Source of the DNA: Vicugna vicugna
Taxonomy: Eukaryota
Direction: 5' to 3'
Assembly: GCA_013265495.1 (NCBI GenBank)
Contig: MU058584.1
Location: forward strand, 5,980,407 to 6,044,406
DNA: 64,000 nt
The notes under the pieces are model-generated. The model saw only the letters and a list, made by a program, of their open reading frames with translations. It was not told the DNA's origin and searched no databases. Position 1 is the stretch's first letter; each line of letters opens with the position of its first letter. The translations under genes and the position numbers were made by a program. Below, piece after piece: positions 22,761 through 38,100 of this stretch.

Positions 22761-24427
22761 GTTTTCCCTAAGACAAAATCCTTTATAACAACGTAGTTAT
22801 AGAGAACAATGGTTCTTACTTTGTCATCCATAAGATAATATGGAAGGCTGGAATTCTTTTGGGATTGTCAAGTGGAAGGACTTAACATGAACTAACTTTT
22901 TGGGAAGGAAACAGCTCCAGCATATTATAAAACTATATGAAATGACTTGGTAATAGTCTTCTAGAACAGTTCATTCTTTTTATCAATTACTCCAACATAC
23001 TGATCATAGAATAAAAATAAGTATTTTTAACTTCCTTTCTAAGTAGATTATATATTGAGCATCATAATAATTTCAGCTTATGTATGATTTGTCATGGGAA
23101 ATTTAAGTCTATGCAATAGTGATCCTTTGTCCAACCATCCATTCAAATAGTACGAGTTCCTATAATGTGTTAAATACACCGTTGAGGGTCAATGTTAAAA
23201 AGGAGATGTGGTGCTGGGAAGGCAATAATAAAGAGGACATGGTCCCTGACAATGCACTGGAGGCAACTAACATGGAACAAAATTCTGATAATAGTATGTT
23301 GTATAACCCTAGTATATTTATAAATTACTACAGAATAGACTAGGACCAAATATTTAATATAATGTGACAGTATACTAGAGGTATGTATAAATTGTTACAG
23401 AAGAAACTCAGGGGCTAGAAAGTCACCATAGAAAATATTTTGATTTTAACGCACCTGTTACTTCCTGTCATCATATTTTGTTTTCTGTCTTTATTTCCTA
23501 TTAGGATGTAAGCACCATGAATGTTAAGAACTGTCTTACTCACTGCCATATCCCTGGCATCCAGCACTGCACCTGACATGGAGTGGGTGTTTGAAAAGAC
23601 TGCGTGAACGGGCCAATCTCAAAGGACAAGTAGGATTTCACAAGTGAAAAGGAAGAATTACTGATAGTGTGGCAGCCTGAGCAAAAGAAAGGAAGAGCTA
23701 AAGAATGACCCGTTGTGGCTGAAGTCTTCGGTTTATGATGTAGGCAGCAGCAGGAGGAGATAAAGCTAGAAAGGGAGGTTAGGCCTAGATTCTGAAAGTT
23801 CGTCATGTTCCACACTAAGAACCAAATACTTTTGGAGTATTTTCAATGATTTTTAAGAAAAGGAACAACTTACTTCTGTGTCTTAGGAACATAACTGAGG
23901 TAACACAGGGTTGAGAGGCCAAAGCATGGAGAATATTTAAGGGAATGTTATGGCTGTTCACACGTGAAGAAGGAGCGCCTGGAGAGGCACTGGCAGAATT
24001 AACAGCGATCAAATGTGCTACACTTCATGACAAAAAATGCTATCTTTTCTCTTTTGAAATGGATTTTTAAAGTTATATCTTTTCTATCTGAGAACTGAGA
24101 ATGAAGAGAAAGAATTTCAAAATTGGCTAAAAATTTGAGAGGTTATAGTTACTTGGAATCAAATAATTTTTGCCACTTTGATATGGGACTATGTTTCATC
24201 AAATAACTAAGCGGTAATAGTATTCCGTGTAGGTGAAATCAGACTGTAGAAGTAGCTTGCTGCAGCACTGAATAGGAAGAACTGAACTATTCTGGCAAAG
24301 GAGAACGCTTTTTCTTGAAATTCATATATACAGTACTAAAAGAAGTGTGAATTAAATGAGACAATACCTATAAAATTATTTACCTAACATTTGTATAGTG
24401 ACATTATTAAATCCAGATCCAAATGTT

Positions 24428-24460
24428 TGCAATTTACAGATCAACCACTAGATGGAGAGC
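24428..24460 (+). promoter_or_regulatory. Candidate CTCF site with upstream motif
   Basis: Core CCACTAGATGGAG 24445-24457, with TGCAAT starting 17 bp upstream. Confidence 0.6.
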
Positions 24461-26084
24461 TTGTCTTACGTACTATCACGTCCTACAAAGCAAGCTTCAC
24501 CAAATTTAAACTTCTCAGCGCATTTAACATTGCTACAATGTGGTTTCCATTGCTTTTCTCATATAATCAATGTTTTCATCTTTTAGATGTAAAATAATCT
24601 GGAGTTAAACAGAAATCTCTCATTCATATGCAAAAAAAAGGTTTGTGAATGAGGAGGCCTATGAAAATGATAGAAGAGGCTGTCTTGGACACTGAAAAAT
24701 ATAATTAATACACATGCATGTTCAAGTACTTCTATTATAGGAAAACTTCTGAAGTTTTCACTGAACTTGTCAATAGCATCCTGTTTCTATAAATTCATAT
24801 GTAATACATATACACTTTAGGTTGCTCAAAGGTGTTACTTATTGCTTTGGACTTGAGCCTTTGTACTATTGAGAAAATGGACACAGTTAAGCAGTCTTAC
24901 TGCATTTCACCAATATATATCAAGTTTAGCTGTCATTTTCCATTTAGTTTTTTTCCACTCTTAATCTTTTATATGCATGGCTATCATTTTTTCTTTTATT
25001 ATGATAAAACTAAAAGGCTAAAGAATCTTAAAGAGTTACATTTTTAGTGAAATCAAATTAATATTTTCCTCAAAATTAAGGGCAAATGATATGAGTAGTG
25101 GGAAGCTGTATTTAAAGTATTCATCTGGAACTTGTTAAAAAAATTTTTTTTGAAAAAGACATCTGTGAGTTCTAAGGGGAAAAATACCACCTTGGGGACA
25201 AATCCTTTCAATTTAGTTACTATACTGAGATGCCTCAGATAAAAACTAATTTGTACTAATGATGGAGGAAGTATGTGTAAAACAGTCACTGATTTATTCC
25301 AAATGGAAAGAAATTCCACTTCACTGATGCTCTTCTAATATCATTCAATTTACAATTCCCTTACTAGACATCTTAATTTGTTATTTAACCCATCTCCATA
25401 GCCAATTTTAATGATCATATTTTTACGTGAGACGTTATAGTTGGTACTTTTTCGTATTATATCATCATTGCATTAAGTTTTCTATTCCTTTAAAACATTT
25501 TTTTTACAGTCTCATTGAGATTCTTCTATTAACTCTAGTTCTCATGCATCCTAACTCTCTTACTGTTGCATCTGACAATTCTTCACGACAGCCCCTTTCT
25601 TCATGAGCTTCCTAATTTTTTATTGTATTCAACTTTAGGTTTGTTTTTTGCTTATCTGTTGGCCCTTGAGTTTGGAAATACTTCTACAGAGAGGTTCTGT
25701 ATTTGTTTATAATATATCAAGGCCCTTGGGCCTAATCTATCAAAACTGTCCTGAAACAATTTTAGTGATAATTTCCTGACTTGGGGTTCCCTGAATTAGA
25801 TGTATGGTATATGTATGGTATAAATTCTGAACCCACGCATGTGCGTGGAGCAAGCTGATAACTCCTTTCTCACGGGTGACTACTGTCCCAGTCTAGTGTC
25901 TTGGGGAAGAAGACAAGCTTTGGCCACTTCTCTGGGCTGGTGAATTAAAATCATCTAGTCCTCTTTTTAACTGATGAGAAAAAGACAGCCCTTTGAAGTT
26001 CCAGGCTTTATAAAGGGAATTCAGTTCCGCTTTCCTATGCTGTATAACCGTACCTAGTTCAATATTCTTATGGTGATTCTTGAG

Positions 26085-26130
26085 TATGTGTGTGTGTATG
26101 TGTGTGTGTGTGTGCGCGCACCTGTGTGTG
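26085..26130. repeat. (TG)n/(CG) alternating purine-pyrimidine tract
   Basis: Seen directly. Confidence 0.85.
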
Positions 26131-29100
26131 ACTTTGGTGAATTTTTGTGAATGTGGCCACGAATTATAACTTTTTCTTATATTTTGTCCACCTTTTCTGT
26201 ATCTATGTAGGAGGAGGCCCCTCCAAGTCAGCTCACTCTACCATCTTGCTGGAAGTCCCTCCCACTTTATTCTTATTATCGGCACTGCACATCTAAGGAA
26301 AGACTTTATAGACCTTGTATAGCTGTGACTCAAAATTGGCTTTATTGAACAGAACAATGACTTGAAGGAAATAACTGGAGCCATTAGAAGATGTTTTTTC
26401 CCCTTATTTGTAGCAATTAACAGAAAAAACTACTCAAATAGGAGCCTAACAGAAGCTGTCAGATGTGATTATAAAGCCAAAGTGAATATTTACTCAAACC
26501 TATAATGGTCTCAAATTTTTTATAGCAATCTTTAATGAAAGTATGCCATCTAGTCATCTTTAACTCGCAATTTCTTCAATTAAGTACAAGGACTTCTTGA
26601 AATTAGCAGTTTTATAATATCAAGCAGTGCCTCATTTCACACTACCAAATGTTAAGGGAACTTACTGAGCTGCTAAAGTAACCCCTACGTCAATAAACTG
26701 AGTCATTAGCACCTCCTTTAAATAATTGTTTGTCTGTTACTGGTTCAACATTTATACAATCTGTCATAATACTTTGGTTTTTTAAGGTACAGAAATTACT
26801 GCTGTAGTCTTAAACTAGAGAATATAATTTAAGTAGCGATGTTTTCACAGTGATAGTTTAACCATATTGTCTGGTACTGAGTGAGTTAAAGCCCGAACAC
26901 CACAGCTAATTACTATGTAATGCTAACCTTAGTTGCTGGTTCATTTTGAGACTCTTTAAAATATGAACTGTGTACTTTACCCCTATGCACTCTCTTAATG
27001 ATTTGTTTTTTTAGACTGAAATCACTTCCAGCCATCAGTTATACTCTTGGTCTCTACATATGCACTTCTGCAAGCACAAATATTTCTTTTTCCTATTGGT
27101 CTGCCAGCTCTGTCAGAGCAAATTTCACTTTAAACTAAATGCTATGATACTTAAAACCTCTTGGATTACTCAGGCTGCTAGTGTGATCTATGACCTTCCA
27201 AGAATGACAGCTGAACTTTCCAATTTGCTTATACTGCTTGGGGAACTAAAAGCACATGCCAAAGAGGAAAACGTTTCTGATGTTGAACAGAGAGGAGAGT
27301 TCTTGTTGGAAGTGGGAGCAGGAGACTATTAAGTACTGAAAAATACTAATAAGAAGTGAAAAGAAACTAAACATGTTGTAAAGTCTAAGAGCTCGAGCAT
27401 AATTCAAAAGTTAATGCTAGTATTAAAAACGTTTTCGTCCTGTTTAAAATATGAATAATGACCTTCAGTTACTGAAATTTAAACACTAACCAGAATCTTT
27501 AAATGACAATGCACTGTCAAAATGAACACGCTCAAGAGATGGAATAGAATCTAAAATTATCACAAGTTCTATACAAAATGGGCTACACCGACTCCCCATC
27601 TTTCTTTATAAAACAGAGAAATCTGACATGTGAGTATAATCAAAGAGGTAACATCACTCTCTAATATGCAAACTACCCCTGCTGACATATCAGTCTCTCG
27701 TAAATTAAAAATTAATGTCAGGCTTCTGTTAAAACCTCGTCTCTAAAGTCCTTAAACAAATAATACCATCTGGGAATATTTCTACATAGTTTTGAAACTT
27801 TTAACTTTCTTTTATTACCTTACATAAGAGGTGGATAAATGTTATTTTAAAAAACCCTTCAAAAATCCCAACAAATAAATAGAAGCTTAATATAAAGTTT
27901 CTAATTTAAGCCATTGTCTACTTATTCATTTATTTGCCTCAAAAATTTTTAGGCTAAATCATCTGCAAATTACCTTTGGCTGATAAAAATCAAGTAGTGA
28001 TTGACAAAAGCTCTTTTTTTTTTTTTGTAGCTAAATCAAACTAATACTTTTCTAAAATTGAGAGCCCAACTATGGATAATAAAAACTATATTTAAACAAT
28101 TAAAGGTGCATGTTTTTAAACAGCTAAGTATGAAAGTTAAAAAAATTTTTAATTAGCAATTGATAGCATGAAAGTTTGGAAATTTGATTCTAAATACATT
28201 TATAATATCAAATATACAACAAAAAGGCATTTCCTTAATTATTATGACATTTAAAAAGTCTATATTGGGCAGTGTTATATAAATACTTTCAGCCACTAAT
28301 TCAGTAATTTCAGTAATCAACACAGGTCAGCTAAATATTCCATAGTTATTTAGTGCCATCTAAAGCATTCCGGATCTCAGTGTGCTATGTAATATACACA
28401 CTGCACTTAGCACTAGAACAAGTACTAAAATAAATCTCTACTCTTAAATTTTATAAACTCTCTTGGTCTTTGAGAATATTATGGGTCTTTTTTTTTTTTT
28501 TTAAAAAAAGAAGGTAAATTCATTTACTACTTAGGTCTAAGGCTAATTTTAGATTGTACGATATGAATTGACTGAAGCCATCCTGATCAACCAGACTGTA
28601 GTCTTCTGACAACAAAATGAACTACTTCTATTATTACCTTCACAGAATGGGGCTGCGCACCCTTTGGGCACATACTGCATTCACACCAAGCAAATTCAGC
28701 GTAGACTGGAATGTAGATATATATGATTCTAACAATTATGTTTGACTTGTGCCTTATTATCATACTTTAAATTAAAGTGATTTTCAAAATGACAAAAGGA
28801 AACATCATACTTTTTTTTTTTTAATCACTGACGTACAGGGCATTTTTCTCCCGTAAGGACTGGCAATTATATTTAAAAATTCAGCAAAACTAACTTAAGT
28901 ACGAACTTATCAACAACTCCTGTATTTTATTAAAGTTAGTGGGGTGCAATGACCTCAAAACCAGAATATCTGGATGTGATTTACGTCTCTATTGATATAA
29001 CTTGTTTCAGTCTTTATCTGTAACATCCTTTGTCATGATTTCTTTTTTTTTAAATAAGAATAATGGCTATCCCTTTTAACATCTCTCTGCCCTGACGTTA

Positions 29101-32100
29101 TTACATTTCCAAGATTCTTATACAAACAGTACAAAGACTCTTACAGTGTATATTTGGTGGTGTTATTGTTATGACATATGAAAATGATAGAGGCTTCTCT
29201 AAAAATACTTTCGAAATTCTGGCTCCTGCCATATAATCTAGACTGTTAAGAGATACTCTATCACACTTGGCATGCTTCTTACACATGCTTTCTGTTTGCC
29301 TTTACAGGGTTCTTACATAATTCATAGAGATTTATGCCTACACATAAGCAACTAATTGTTGTTGCACTAAAATAATGCCATGGTCAATCATATCTTCCTT
29401 TACCATAGTGAGACTGGACTGCTTGTATAAATAAAATTATTCAATCAAAACCCTTCAGATTCTATGTCATGACTGATGCAAATGACACAACACCTTTAGG
29501 GAGGAAAAATACCGGGAAAATCTCTTTGCATGCTTTTTCATCTTATTTTATATTCAGGAAGTTTATTTTCAAAGTACTAAATCAGGGTAAGGTTCTTAGT
29601 TATTTCCCACAAATCATCACTTCCCACATTGCACACATTCTTGCACTTAGGTTTACTGCTACAGCGTTGGCTTCTCTTTGAAAAGGGCAAAGGTCAGGGA
29701 AGTGTTTAGGGCGGGGTTATTTTCATTCTGTGACGTTCCCTGTCTTGGGGTTGGGCCAACTCGACAATCAGGAACATATAAGCAAAGTTGGGCAATTATA
29801 AGAATTCTTCGGGGAGATGGGAATGCACCATGCACTTCTGAGATTACAAGCAGCACTGGGTCTTAAGCAGTATTTCCAACTAGCACATAGGTATATCTAT
29901 ATTAGTCATTTCAAGTATGCAGGACAAGGGAAGACTACAAATTGATCTATTTAAAATGACCAAGGTGCCCACTTGCTGATGGCAAATAGTCCCTCCCTCC
30001 CTCAGACTTAAGAATAAAAAGGCAAGATGCAACTGTAGGATAGTGTCATTGTTTTCTTCTTAGTGTATACAAAGAATGAGTTGAATTTTAGCAATTCAAT
30101 AAATAATAACTCATTAAATAATAACTCATTAAAACCCAGGAATTTTTAAAAAAAACTTTTTTGAGATTTTTAAGAATTACTGCTTGTTCACCACCTCAAA
30201 AGAGACCTCAGCGTGACGTTTGAGCAAGTACCCATGTAAATACAGCTTTGTGGGGTTTCCTGTATCAATTTAAGTTACAGTTGCCATTTAAAAATTTACT
30301 TGCCTAACTATGTTCACAGAAGCCTCCTCCCATCATTTCACATTTGAGGGGCTCTAAATTAGCCACTTGATACTGTCCACACAAATCTGGATTCCTTTTT
30401 AAGACTGCTTTGCCTTTTAATTTCTGACAGGCCATTATGAAGGTGCTTTGTTTTTGGCTGGAAAAACCTGAAATGGAAAGAATTTCTGAAAAAGTGGGAT
30501 GTATGAACTTCAGATAAAGCTGAACAAAGAAAATAGTCCTAGAAATATATAAAAGTATGTTATATTATTTGACATAGAATGCTGACTTATGCCCACAAAA
30601 GAGATGATACTGAGGAAATTAATTATGCTCCTCTTTATTATTTAAAAAATTAAAAAAAAAAACTTTAACTTTGATTATGGGCATAAGAAAGCATTTGCTG
30701 ATTGTGCCTCTCTAGTCTGAAATGAAACCATAGAAATATGTAACTTTTACATAAAAACCAACATAGATATACATAGATTTTATATTCACCAATAATTAAT
30801 GATAAAAGTATAAAGTTTAGAAAAAATATTAATAATTCTTCTCAAATACAAAGTATCATTTAGAAAATAGATTCTATTACAGAGTGCCACACTTGTCTCT
30901 TTGAAGTAGGTCTGAATTCTATTCAGTTGGCAGAGACACTAAGCACTTACGAGATTACCAAGCGATTTGGGTTACAGACTACATGTTGGCCTAGAATTTC
31001 TAAAGGTACAATATACAGGATTATAGTCCATGATTAATCCCTTAACTCCAGACTTCCTTTCCATTTCCATAACCATCAATGGAGGTTTATTGTCTTTTTT
31101 TTTTTTTAATGAGAAAAGCTAATGCATTTTAATAAATCCTTTGTAATCTAAAACTCTTTAAATTAAAAGTTCTGAGAATTTATTAACAGCTATGATAGCA
31201 GTGTTAAAAGAAGTTCAGAGACTAAAATGTTTTGTCACTTGTTCCCTTGGGAAATCTACTGATCTACTTACCTACCTACTTACATAAAACGAAAGGTTTC
31301 TACTCAGTAAACTTTTGCCCATGAGATGGAAGGCATCAGAAATCAACATTTACATCAAACTCTTTGACACGGTGTCTCTTTAAATTTTACAGTTATTCAA
31401 ATTATGTTTTGTAGGACATGATGTCTTTCCAGAGAGGCATTATCTCTATTACAAAGCTACAAGAAGCTGTTGTCTGAACTAATCCCTCCAGAGTGCTTAT
31501 TGTTATAATGAAGTAACTAAGTTCTAGTGAATTACCAGACCATTAAAGTGTGACGTCTCATTATAACAGCCTTTACACTCAGGAGCTTGTATTTCAATAA
31601 TAATGTGATTCTTTGCCAAATACTGTACTGCTCAGGTTAAAAAGCAAAAATATGAATCTATAAATCTATAAATCTATAAAATTTACTTTTTTATTTAAGA
31701 AAATTCATCATAGTATCTTTTAAAATTATTTCTAATTTTATTTTTCTGACTTTACACAATTGACATATAGTATTGCCATCAGATTATCTGATTTTTTTTT
31801 CTATAAGAACATGTTAAAGGTATCTTTTGTAATGGAAGTTAACAAATGACAACACTCCAAATAGCAATACTCTTAAAAAAAAAAAAAGAGGGTCTATTAT
31901 TTAAGATATCATAGAATTCTAATAGTTTAATTTTGTGTCCTCTAAAGATTAAGGACAATTCAGAAATATTTAAGAGGTTTATTTCATTGGGACACACGTA
32001 TGCACACACACATACTTGTTTAATCAAGGTGGGAGAATAACATAACAGTGAGCAGGAATGTGTAGAAGACCCCTTATGTCTAAAAACTGACCCTGTACAT

Positions 32101-35100
32101 AGGATTAATTCCTTAATTCTTTTTTCTAAGCCTGATTATAGTATTTCCTTTAAAATTTTTCAAAAAAAAAAAAAGAAAGTGAAATAAAGAATAGTAGGAC
32201 ACTTTAAGTCATCCTAAAAAATTGTATTTTAACCCTAAACTTTAAGCTTCTCAACAGGAAAGGGATTATTTCTTACTGATCTCTATCCCTAGAGCTCATC
32301 CAAGTGTTTCTCAATTAAAAAGGTTACTGAGTAAAATAAATTTTAAGTGTTGAAAAGAAAGCATTAAATGTACTTCAGTATGAAGATTATATATTTAGTA
32401 TTGTATAAAAATCAGTTTGCTTAAATGTGATTTTGAATTTCCATTGATTTATTTAACAGATATTTATAGTATTTCCAGTAGGTGTAAGGCCCCATTTGGT
32501 AAGATGGGTCAATAGATACTTATAATGATGTTATTTTTACTTTAAGAATAGCTCTTATAATGTAGAGTTCAAGTCTTTTGAAATCCTTTAAATATCTTTA
32601 AATACTATGACATCTTCTCTAAATCAAAAGTTAAAAATAATGTTCTGACTTATTAAACAAACTCATTAAGTGCAAATTTATGTGGAAACTGAACATACAA
32701 CATAATCAAAGAAATAACAAGCCAGCTTACTTTATTTGAGGAGAAAGGAAAGTTTGGTCTTTCAAAAGCCAAATTAAAGTAGAGCCAATCTGAATGTTAA
32801 TGGTAGTATAAATGCATGTGCACTCACTCCCTCACTCTGCCTCCCCCATACATGCACACCTTCCTCCTCTCAGCTTATTGACATTTTAAATCTTTCTCCC
32901 AGGTTTGGCCTTGCAACCACTTACTTACTTGATACAATAGGTCACTTAAAAAGGAAGAAAGCTCAATAAAATGAATTACAAAGACAACAAGATTAAACTG
33001 ATTGCAATGTTTTCATACATCGTAGCTGAAATTTTGCAAATACGCAGTTGGCTGTGTTCTGGCATTTAACAGCATGTGATCAGTGAGGAGGAGGAAATTT
33101 TATTCTCATTAACGGTTGCAGATTTACTGCAGTGAAAAAGGGCTCTGTAACCCGAGATGTGACAGTACAGAAAGATCAAAGCCTTGGACTGGAAACTAAA
33201 TAAACCCTCTGGCTACTTCCTGCAAGGAAAATTCACTTTGGCAATGCAAAACAGAGCCCAGTTAAAAACTACTCTCAGTTTTATGAGCTGTCATAGCAGC
33301 TCAAGTGGTTTGGACTGGCTGAGTTTAGAACATTATATTTCCTTGTTTTTGTCTTAGATACTTCTGTAAGCAGTTTTATAGAACTTTTTTTTTTAAAAAA
33401 AAGAAAAACACAATAACAAAAAAAAAAAGAAAGAAAAGAAACTTTTCTTTTGGTTGAAACTGAGAAGGTAACCACTAAACTTATTAAAGTAGGCAGGTCT
33501 TCATTTGCACATTCCTTTCTCGTTTACTGCAGTTTAATATTTTGCTCTTAGATTTATTTGGCAATACACATTTACTTTAATAATTCATCTGTAATCTGTA
33601 CAATTTCTATTCAAAATTAGTGCAAATCAGTTTACAGAGCCCATATGGCTCATATCTGAGGAATGAGCTATTTATAATAGCACATCTGGAAGGACTATGG
33701 GTAATATGGAGAATATGGGAATTAATTCATATTACACTTAAAAATCTACAGGCTCTAGGTTTCATCCTTTTTTTAAAAAATATGTAAGAAAAAATATTTG
33801 TTTAACATTTCTAATATAAGGATTTTTAAACAATTGTTCATAAATACTTAAATCACATTGTTAAATCAATCAAAACACAGATGGGCTAGAGTAAATCAAC
33901 CTATCCCTGAGTTTAGGAGTAAGCTCAGTGTCACTGAATCCAGACTTAAAGGAAATAAAAGATGACATGTACTATTTTCCTCTCTTATTTTTTGGAGGGG
34001 GTGGTGGTGCTTATCAACCAAATTGCTTATAATTTTGTTACTCTTATTAGAATACAGATAAGCAAGTCTTTCTGATGGTAATCTACATTGTATTCCTTTA
34101 AAAAAACCACTTAATTTTTTGAAAATAAGAGCATTTCATAGGCCAAATATGTCATAAAATAGCCATTTTGCTTAAGAATTTCTATTTTTCTTTTTAAATT
34201 TATAACTAATTTTTATGTGTGTGTACAGCCAACAAAATGCAGTTAAGATGTATAAAAATGTATAAACCTTAACATTAGATAATCACTCTTAAATGGTGGT
34301 GATGTAATTAACTTCTTAGTCATGACTGGATTAACTCCCATGTCATTTCTTCTAGTACAAAGCTATACCGTATTTGATGTGTTAATGTTTTTATAGGATC
34401 CAGTCATATTCAGAATACTTTTTTAATTTATAGACTCAGTTATGCTCAATTTCTTCTCCTAAATGAAAGTCCTAATAAAATGACAACAAATTTGGTTTCC
34501 TTTGGGAGCATCTTTGAACTTTACATATAGCTAACATGCATGCCTCCAAAAACTTAGCTCAGGTCACTAGACTGAAATTAACATGGGTTTGATGAGAGCA
34601 GTTCTGTTGCTCTCTGTCACTTCTCTTGCTTATTTCCAAAGGAAAGTAAATCACTTAAGATTTTTTTTTCAAGTCAGGAGTATACTTTCTCTAGAATAAA
34701 ACATCTTCCCAGGTTTTCAGGATTCTAAGCCTTGATTTTTGGCTTGTATTTCTATATTTCAGTAAAGTTTACAATTTGCTAATGCTGATGTGTGATAATC
34801 TAATAAAATCTGGCCTTAAAAGTTATAGGCCCAATTTACTAATAAAACTTAATTCAATTCTCCTTGGGAAATGCAAATCATTAGTGCCCAAGCAGTGGAA
34901 CTGAATTTAGGAGTAAGCTTTGCCTTTTTCAAGGCTAGAAAGAAGTTTCCTCTTATTAAACAGTCTAAACAAATAAGACAACTAAAACTAATCTTGAAGA
35001 CTCATTTGTGGGCATAAAACAACAGCATCATGTATATAAACATTTACATTGGTTAATTAGCTAAACAAATGATTTGCATGAGACAATAACGCTTATAGAC

Positions 35101-38100
35101 TGAGATTATCCCACTCATTTCATCCTAATTTTTTATACAACTGAATTAATTTGTAGAGAACTTAACAAACTACTTAAGAGAATTTAATGGCAGTGAACTA
35201 ATTACTTGATGCATTAATAAATTTTTAGCAACTTGTCTCCAAGCAATTTAAACACCAATTTGCAGTGAATCATACCAAGTGTATTAAAGCAAACTTAGTA
35301 AACAATATGTTGCATTACACAACAAAACCTACATATCTTACCCTGAATTTTGATAAGATTTACTCTCAAACTTTCTCAAGTGCAGTTCACTGTTAGACTA
35401 ATATATTTATTTGCCACGTGGAGGCAGTAATGGTGTAATACTAAAAGTGCTGGCTCTTACCAAGCTTAAAGGCTTCACTATTTACTACCTATCTGGTTTT
35501 GAATGAGTCTCTTAAAAATCTCTGAGCCTTAATGTCCACATTTGCAAAAATAAGGACACTACTACTCTTTGCCCTGTACACCTCACACACTGTTGGTGAT
35601 CAAATGAGATACATGACGATATAAGTCGTAGCTATATACAAGTTATTAGTCTTTGTATACTAAGATTTAGACAAAAAAAAAACCTTAAACATTTTATTCT
35701 TTTAAGGCTCCTAAGACATTCTATCTTCTGAAATAAAAAAAATTACTAGCAGAATTGCTACAGGAGTATTTAGAAACAAAAAGTATGATTTAATGTAAGG
35801 ATTTTCTTAGACTAAGAATCTCATAGTGTAAAACCATTATTTGTTTTGGTTTGACTTTCTTATCAGAACTGTGTTACACAGCTACTTCCACTCTTGTTCC
35901 TCTGTTTCTACCATCCCACAAATTTAACCACTTCTTTACCTTAGAATTTTACCTGTCATATAGTATTATTTCTAGTGAATGGCTTTATTCAATTTTACCA
36001 TGTATTACTGATTGGTTAATACTGATGAAGGTGGGAAGAACTTAAAATTACATCTATCGGTTACACCTAGGTATAGCAATTGTTACTGAGCTTGAAATAC
36101 ATGTTTATATATATTAAAAACAATGTCACTTGGATAACAGAAAGTAATTATAATGCAAATTTGCACAGCTCTGGATATTCTGAGATCAAATCATAGACCT
36201 TGAAACAGAGTAACTTTTAGAAGTAAACAGGATATTGTCTTGTTACCCAATATCATTGTTTCTATAAAGAGGTTCTACTGCGTATGTTTTAACCCCAAAT
36301 TCCATTTAAATTAAGAAGCAACTCTTGCAAATATTCCAACCTGGATACAGCTAAGAACAAGTATTAGGGAACTATGCAAATGTGCGCATGATGAACAAAG
36401 AGTTAATAAAATGTGTAACAGTGCCTTGCATATACAAAGCGTTCAGTAAGTTTTTAAAAAACATTATACATTGCTTAATAAAAGGCTTGTCTTAAAATGA
36501 AAATGTTTATATATTAACGTTAAATCAATGAATCTGTTGTCATGTTTTAATACATGCAAAAAATATAAATGGAAAGACTAAATATTTCAACTATCTCCCT
36601 TCATCACTAGAATTACAGATGTGGCAGCAGTATACTCAATTTTATGCTATCAAAACATCATAGGTGAATAATATTTTTATTAAAATTATTTTCAATAAGG
36701 AAGAAGCAAATTAAAAGGTCTCTGCGGTCAATTCTTAGAAAATAAGAATTTTATGTGAAGTGAGTATCTACTTTGACCTATTTTGATTTTCATATTTACC
36801 TAAATCAGAGTACTGGTATAATATAATATGTGGACAACATCATGTGGCACCAAAGTAGGTGCTGAAAATAACATTTACTCCATAATTAGATAAGTGTATC
36901 TCACTGAGCTCAGTGTATCTTTTTTTTTTTTTTTGCATACACAATCATTCACCTAGTCTTTGTCTCTGGATAAAGTATCTTTATGATTACTTCATAAGGA
37001 TAAATTCTTAGAAATGAAGTTACAGAGTTAAGGAAGGCTATGATTTAAAGCTCCTGTTCTCTGTTACCAAATACATTTCACAAAGGTTTTATCCATTTAA
37101 ATTCCCACAAGGGGTATACCAGAGTACCTCTTTGCTCCCTTGTGTGGGTATTACCATTGAAAAATCTTCGGCAATTGACAGGTGAAAATGGAATCTGGCC
37201 GCTTTATTTTGTAATCATCATGTCTGGAAAAATTACTAAACTCAGGAGTCGTTTTTAAAGGCTTCATGAAGCATGTTCTCCTCTGAGAAAAAGTAATAGG
37301 AAGCTAGTAACAAAAAAGCTACACATTAAATAAAGCAGTGTTTTTTGATGATTATCTTTAAAAGACTTAAGTACTTGACAATTCACATAGTTCTTACAAT
37401 GCTGTGGAACAAATGGTTGGTCTCAATATCTGTCAAAGGAAATGTTTCTAGGAGGTTCTTTTCACTTTCTTTTGACCCTTCTGTGTAATTTCTGCATTAC
37501 TGCCACAGTAACGAGGGTCACTAAAACAAACTATTAGAACAAATGGAAGTTTTGTTTATCAATTAAAAATTGATACAGAACTTACCAAAGAAGGGATTTT
37601 ATAGGCATATTTACTTTTCCTCTCAAAATAAAAGAATTTCTTGATCACAAAATTAAGGGATGTAACATAGATAATAATTGGATTTATCTTTTGAATAACT
37701 GCTTTGAAAAAATACCCTAATACATAGTTCAAGGAATAATGTGTACATCAGTATACACTTCATGTCTTCTAGACAGGGAATGTGTAATTTTGAGGTTGCT
37801 GTTCTCAAGTGAAAAAAACTGAGTTAACTAAATAGCTGAGTATAATTAAGGCAGCCTTACACCTACAAGTCAGTCAGTCTACTGTTTTGCATGTAATGTA
37901 TATGAAAAAATATACATTAAAAATCTAAATAAAACATTATTTCTTTCATATTAAGAAAATAATTTGTTAGTTCTATTCAGTATAATTAAAAAAATGCAAC
38001 TAGCATTTCAACTGTGATTTAATAGTTGAAAAAATAAATTAGAGAACAGAATAAACGGTATATAGGTGAAATCTGTAATACATGTTATGAACAGAAAAAT

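Noticed and set aside
30100..30135. Short tandem duplications (taaataataactcat x2; also aatctata x3 near 31655 and tgtatggtata x2 near 25801)
   Set aside because: Ordinary slippage repeats with no spacers, not an array system.
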